Assembly (NCBI GenBank): GCA_002269645.1
Contig: NIVC01004145.1
Location: 35,713 to 58,191 of the forward strand
Length of the DNA stretch: 22,479 nucleotides
From: Macrostomum lignano
Taxonomy: Eukaryota
Direction of reading: 5' to 3'
A program made the position numbers and the translations under genes. Positions 19,124 to 22,479 of the stretch are shown here, in pieces. The first letter of the stretch is position 1; each line of letters opens with the position of its first letter. The notes below the pieces were generated by a model. The model had not been told where the DNA came from. It made no database searches and worked only from the letters and a program-made list of their open reading frames with translations.

Positions 19124-19277
19124 AGAGCACTGGTCCGAGGTCAACCAGCTGCTTGTGGGATTCGGGCAGCAGCTGTGCACCCCGGTGAATCCCAGGTGCT
19201 CAGATTGTCTTAACAAGGCCGTCTGCCCCAGCGCGAAACTCTCCAAGGCTAAGATCAGCAAATCCGAAACTGTTTGA
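19124..19277 (+). CDS. NTHL1: NTHL1 last coding exon with 4Fe-4S cluster motif
   Basis: Acceptor CCCATTCCAG| at 19123 completes AG+A (Arg); [34 protein letters not shown] contains C-x6-C-x2-C-x5-C; stop TGA 19275-19277. The four confident exons total 876 nt with no internal stop (292 aa if a single ATG is added). Confidence 0.95.
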
Positions 19278-20735
19278 CCTTGAGGTTATTCGCCTGAGCT
19301 AGAGCTCAGGTCAAGTACCCACTCAATTGGGGTAAGCGAACTGGGTTTAATTGCATAAGCAGACTGAGTTTCATGCGATAAGCAGACGGACCTTTTTGTG
19401 CAATTTTTTTTCATTTATTAATCCATAAAAACCCCTTTTCTCTCTACTGCAGAAGTAGTGTATGGCGAACATGCTATCCGCATTTTGTTTACATTGGCTC
19501 AGTTCGAGCACTGCAAACATTTGATCACCACAGCAATAAGCCTTTGTTGCTCATCTGCTGCTACTCTTGTTCTGTCTGCATTACCTGCTGAAAAGCATTT
19601 GGTTAGTACATTGTGTTCTATTGGAATTTTATAGTACAAATATATACGCCACTTGTCTCTAGTTAGCTCTGTTGGTATGCAGTTATTTTTCTTATAATTC
19701 CGTTAATATTCCTAACGAGTTTTTTGTGTAGCAACTTTTTTATTTTATGTAGCTGCTTATGAGTGCCTTTCATTTTACATGAAATTCAAAGTTCAACAAA
19801 GTTAGCAAGAAAATAACTCAAATATTGAGCGGCATATTGCACAAGAAATCAATTGTGTTAACAGAGATTAGTGGGACTCTTTGAGATAGGAAGGCTCACC
19901 CGACCGGAAATAATTTTTCCTTTCAAAAACAGTAAGTGTGCCATTTGTGCCACAGCTATGCCCTTTGGCAGAGTTATAACTGTGTTTGTCTGTCCTTTTT
20001 GGCACACTTGCCACAAATAACCTCTATTGCTAATTGGACAATTGTCTGCGACGCCATTATTTGCTTCGATTTCGGCAGATGACCGGCAGGTTGTCATTGC
20101 GACATGATCATTGCGACCTGATCTGTTCAGACGCTCTAAAATGGCGCAATCGCGTTTGATTGACGCCATAACAAAAGAACTAAAGCAGCAAATCACGCAG
20201 CATCTCGCTGTTCATCTCGATCAGCTCGTGGACCCAGCCGTCACAATTGACGTCATGCTGGACGACGGCAACGAACCACTGGATGCTTCACTTATGATCG
20301 CTCACATATCTTTTTGTTACTCAAACACTCTCCAATCCTTATATTATAGCCGGTTGGTTTCGCCTTTATGTCCAACCTCGCCCGGACCAGGGTCACGGCG
20401 CGGGTAAATATCTATAAAGATTCAACAACTCTGGCCAACCTCAGTGCGCTTCTCCGCAAGATGGTGCGAGGGTGCTTCAGCGACGAAGCGGGGGCGCCGC
20501 CGCTGATAGACAGACAGATAGCCAGGATAAAATTGAAATAGAAAAGCCGGTGAATCACCTGATTCGATGCGGATAAAATCGTTAGAAAAAGCTTCACCGC
20601 TTGGGCTCAGTCTCAGTTAGTATATTTCTCTCTCAATCGAGTCTTCGGTAGGTGAAACAAACAGATTAAACAGTCCAACTCGACTCAGCTGGAATCCAGG
20701 AGTTCAAGGGCACGGCCTTTTGTAGTTAAAGCGGT

Positions 20736-20993
20736 TCACGCTATACATCCGGCAGTCGGGGGCCCCTGACCAGTAAGCACCCTGAGCTGAGCCTCAGTCT
20801 GGGTTCCATCTTGCAGGTGATGCCTGACCCAGATGCAGCCCAGCTTAGTTTGCATCCGCTCAAAGACCTGCGTGATCTGCTTGCCGCCGAGGTTCTTTGA
20901 CATAGAAAAGCTCCCGCTGGGGCAATCAGCGGAGCCTACGGCGACGTTAACGAAGAGGGCCAGCAGGCAGATCGGCATTGGGATCAGTTTCAT
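20736..20993 (-). CDS. Small ORF with signal-peptide-like N-terminus; possibly a frameshifted or spliced secreted Cys-containing protein
   Basis: GCAGCA-ATG-AAA start; MKLIPMPICLLALFVNVAVGSA|DCPSG has a basic n-region, hydrophobic h-region and small-residue cleavage site. Confidence 0.4.
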   Translation of the reverse strand: MKLIPMPICLLALFVNVAVGSADCPSGSFSMSKNLGGKQITQVFERMQTKLGCIWVRHHLQDGTQTEAQLRVLTGQGPPTAGCIA

Positions 20994-21960
20994 TGCTGCT
21001 GCTTTTGGATAAGCTAAGCTGCTGCTTGTGGCGAGTTACTTGTTACTCAACCGGAGTAGCGATGCGTGCCAGCTTAATCTGCGGCAGGGCTCACCTGCTG
21101 TGCTCATTTATATGCAGCCGAATGGGATTCCAACTGCTGAGGGGCTGCATGGGTCGGGGGAAGACGGGAGCCACCGCAGTCCGCTGGCCGAGCTGGAGGG
21201 CATCAGTCGTCGTCTGCCTTCTGGATGGCAGCTGGTTCTTTTGTCGGCTTGCCTGGATAGAAAAGAAAGAGAAGATGCAGCAGACAGGGCTGGCTTGCGG
21301 ACCACCTGCCTCTCGCAGTCCCCGCTTGTCCATGGAGTTCTAGAACTAAGAACCTGGAGTGAAGATCAGAGAGTCAGCTGCATTTCACCATGGCCTGCCG
21401 AACTCGTGCGAGCCACAGAGCTGCATTCGATTATAAAACTGGAGTTTGGGGTGGGTGCAGTCGGTTTCCACTCCGGATCGCTAATTCTAGAGCTCCATGG
21501 GCGGTCTGGGTAGCGCGGAGTCATGGTGAGACCATTGGAACAGTCAATGACTGTCGCCAGTCTGAGAGGCAAACAATGGTGCGGTTTTTCGGAGAGCCAG
21601 AAGCTCAAAGCCGGACTAGGGCTCTCTTCAAGGCAGCAAAAAATGTCAGCTGACCTACTTTTGTTACACATACGAGCTTGAACACTCGTCTGTTTCTCTG
21701 TAGGCAGCACTCTTCATACTACTGAAGCAAGTAATGCAATAAAATAAACTGTAATACTTCCTTTCATTAAGTTACAGTGTACACGTATGAAATTAATAGG
21801 TACATTTTAAAAAAACTACAGGATTGTCATTTGGGCACTGCTAAAATGAGATTAGATACATAGAAGATAGATAGATAGGTGACCGAAGGTATCTGGAGAT
21901 TAGGGTGTCCTTAGCCAGTCTGATGTCACTCAAATAGTTCGACTTCAGTAGCGACGACAA

Positions 21961-22090
21961 CCATAAAATGTCATCAATGCACCGCTTGAAGAAACGAGAG
22001 GTAAACGGCGCAGCTTCTAAAGCTTTGGATTCCCAGCCAGACATAAAGATGTGGTGTAGGATGGCGCTGTTGTGACCGTAGGAGACACTG
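21961..22090 (-). mobile_element. Degenerate Penelope-like element reverse-transcriptase fragment
   Basis: Minus strand reads TTAPSYT-[1-nt frameshift]-IFMSGWESKALEAAPFTSRFFKRCIDDILW, matching the PLE RT pattern GTxMAPSYANIFMxxxE...WKRYIDDIF; catalytic Y altered to C. Confidence 0.65.
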
Positions 22091-22199
22091 GTTGTGCAGG
22101 AAACTCAATAAATGTATATTATTTGCAGATAGCTAATCATCGTAGCAAGGCAACGCTTTATTTGAAACCGAGGGGAGGCTGTTTAGAGCAGGACTGTCT

Positions 22200-22478
22200 T
22201 TAATCGCAGTAAGCTTGGTCTTGTGGTCCAGGACTGCCGTCAGGGGTTGGAATCACTTGATTAGCAGGTGCATCGTGTGGCTGATCCAGGCTCTCGTCAT
22301 CAGAATTCTCAGCACCAGCGGCTATTGAAGCAAGTCGGTCGTTGCTTGCAAGGCGTAGCGTAGAGTAATTATCCAGAACCCAGAAACTCTGCGGTTGACG
22401 TTGAGGCGTCAGATGTTGGTCTATAGGCAAACTTTTCGCCCTGATCGAACGTTGACGCCCCGGAGCACGGGATCGATG
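22200..22478 (-). CDS. Probable terminal coding exon of an unidentified minus-strand gene entering from beyond the window
   Basis: Frame open from the window edge (HRSRAPGRQRSIRAKSLPIDQH...SDDESLDQP...QAYCD*) to TAA at 22202-22200; AATAAA on minus at 22162-22157, about 37 nt past the stop. Confidence 0.45.
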   Translation of the reverse strand, partial: HRSRAPGRQRSIRAKSLPIDQHLTPQRQPQSFWVLDNYSTLRLASNDRLASIAAGAENSDDESLDQPHDAPANQVIPTPDGSPGPQDQAYCD

Positions 22479-22479
22479 A

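Noticed and set aside
19274-19314. Stop-codon readthrough or SECIS-like signal: TGA-C followed by hairpin CCTGAGCT-AG-AGCTCAGG (19293-19310)
   Set aside because: A second in-frame TGA follows two codons later and no SECIS core is visible; the hairpin is real sequence symmetry but unsupported functionally.

Overview
Eukaryotic, intron-rich animal DNA crowded with minisatellites. The style resembles the flatworm Macrostomum, but that host call is inference only. (1) NTHL1 (endonuclease III-like glycosylase/AP lyase), + strand: four confident coding exons (10844-11131, 16059-16229, 18068-18330, 19124-19277) with phase-compatible GT-AG junctions, an HhH Lys, a catalytic Asp and a 4Fe-4S Cys motif; its start exon lies upstream but is uncertain. 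(2) A two-exon, divergent TMCC/TEX28-like coiled-coil plus transmembrane gene (about 1490-1960 and 2950-4086). (3) Eleven different tandem-repeat units, a C17 tract, a tRNA-derived SINE with a CORE-like domain, a Penelope-like RT relic, a small signal-peptide ORF and a probable terminal exon of a minus-strand gene at the right edge. The most unusual signal is bases 1-1536: I read no CpG there, TpA is abundant, two internal repeat copies differ only by transitions over 45 aligned bases, and the effect fades into the TMCC-like exon. This resembles regional C-to-T/G-to-A hypermutation like fungal RIP. Most long ORFs in the supplied track are translations of tandem repeats. All counts are by hand and no database searches were run.
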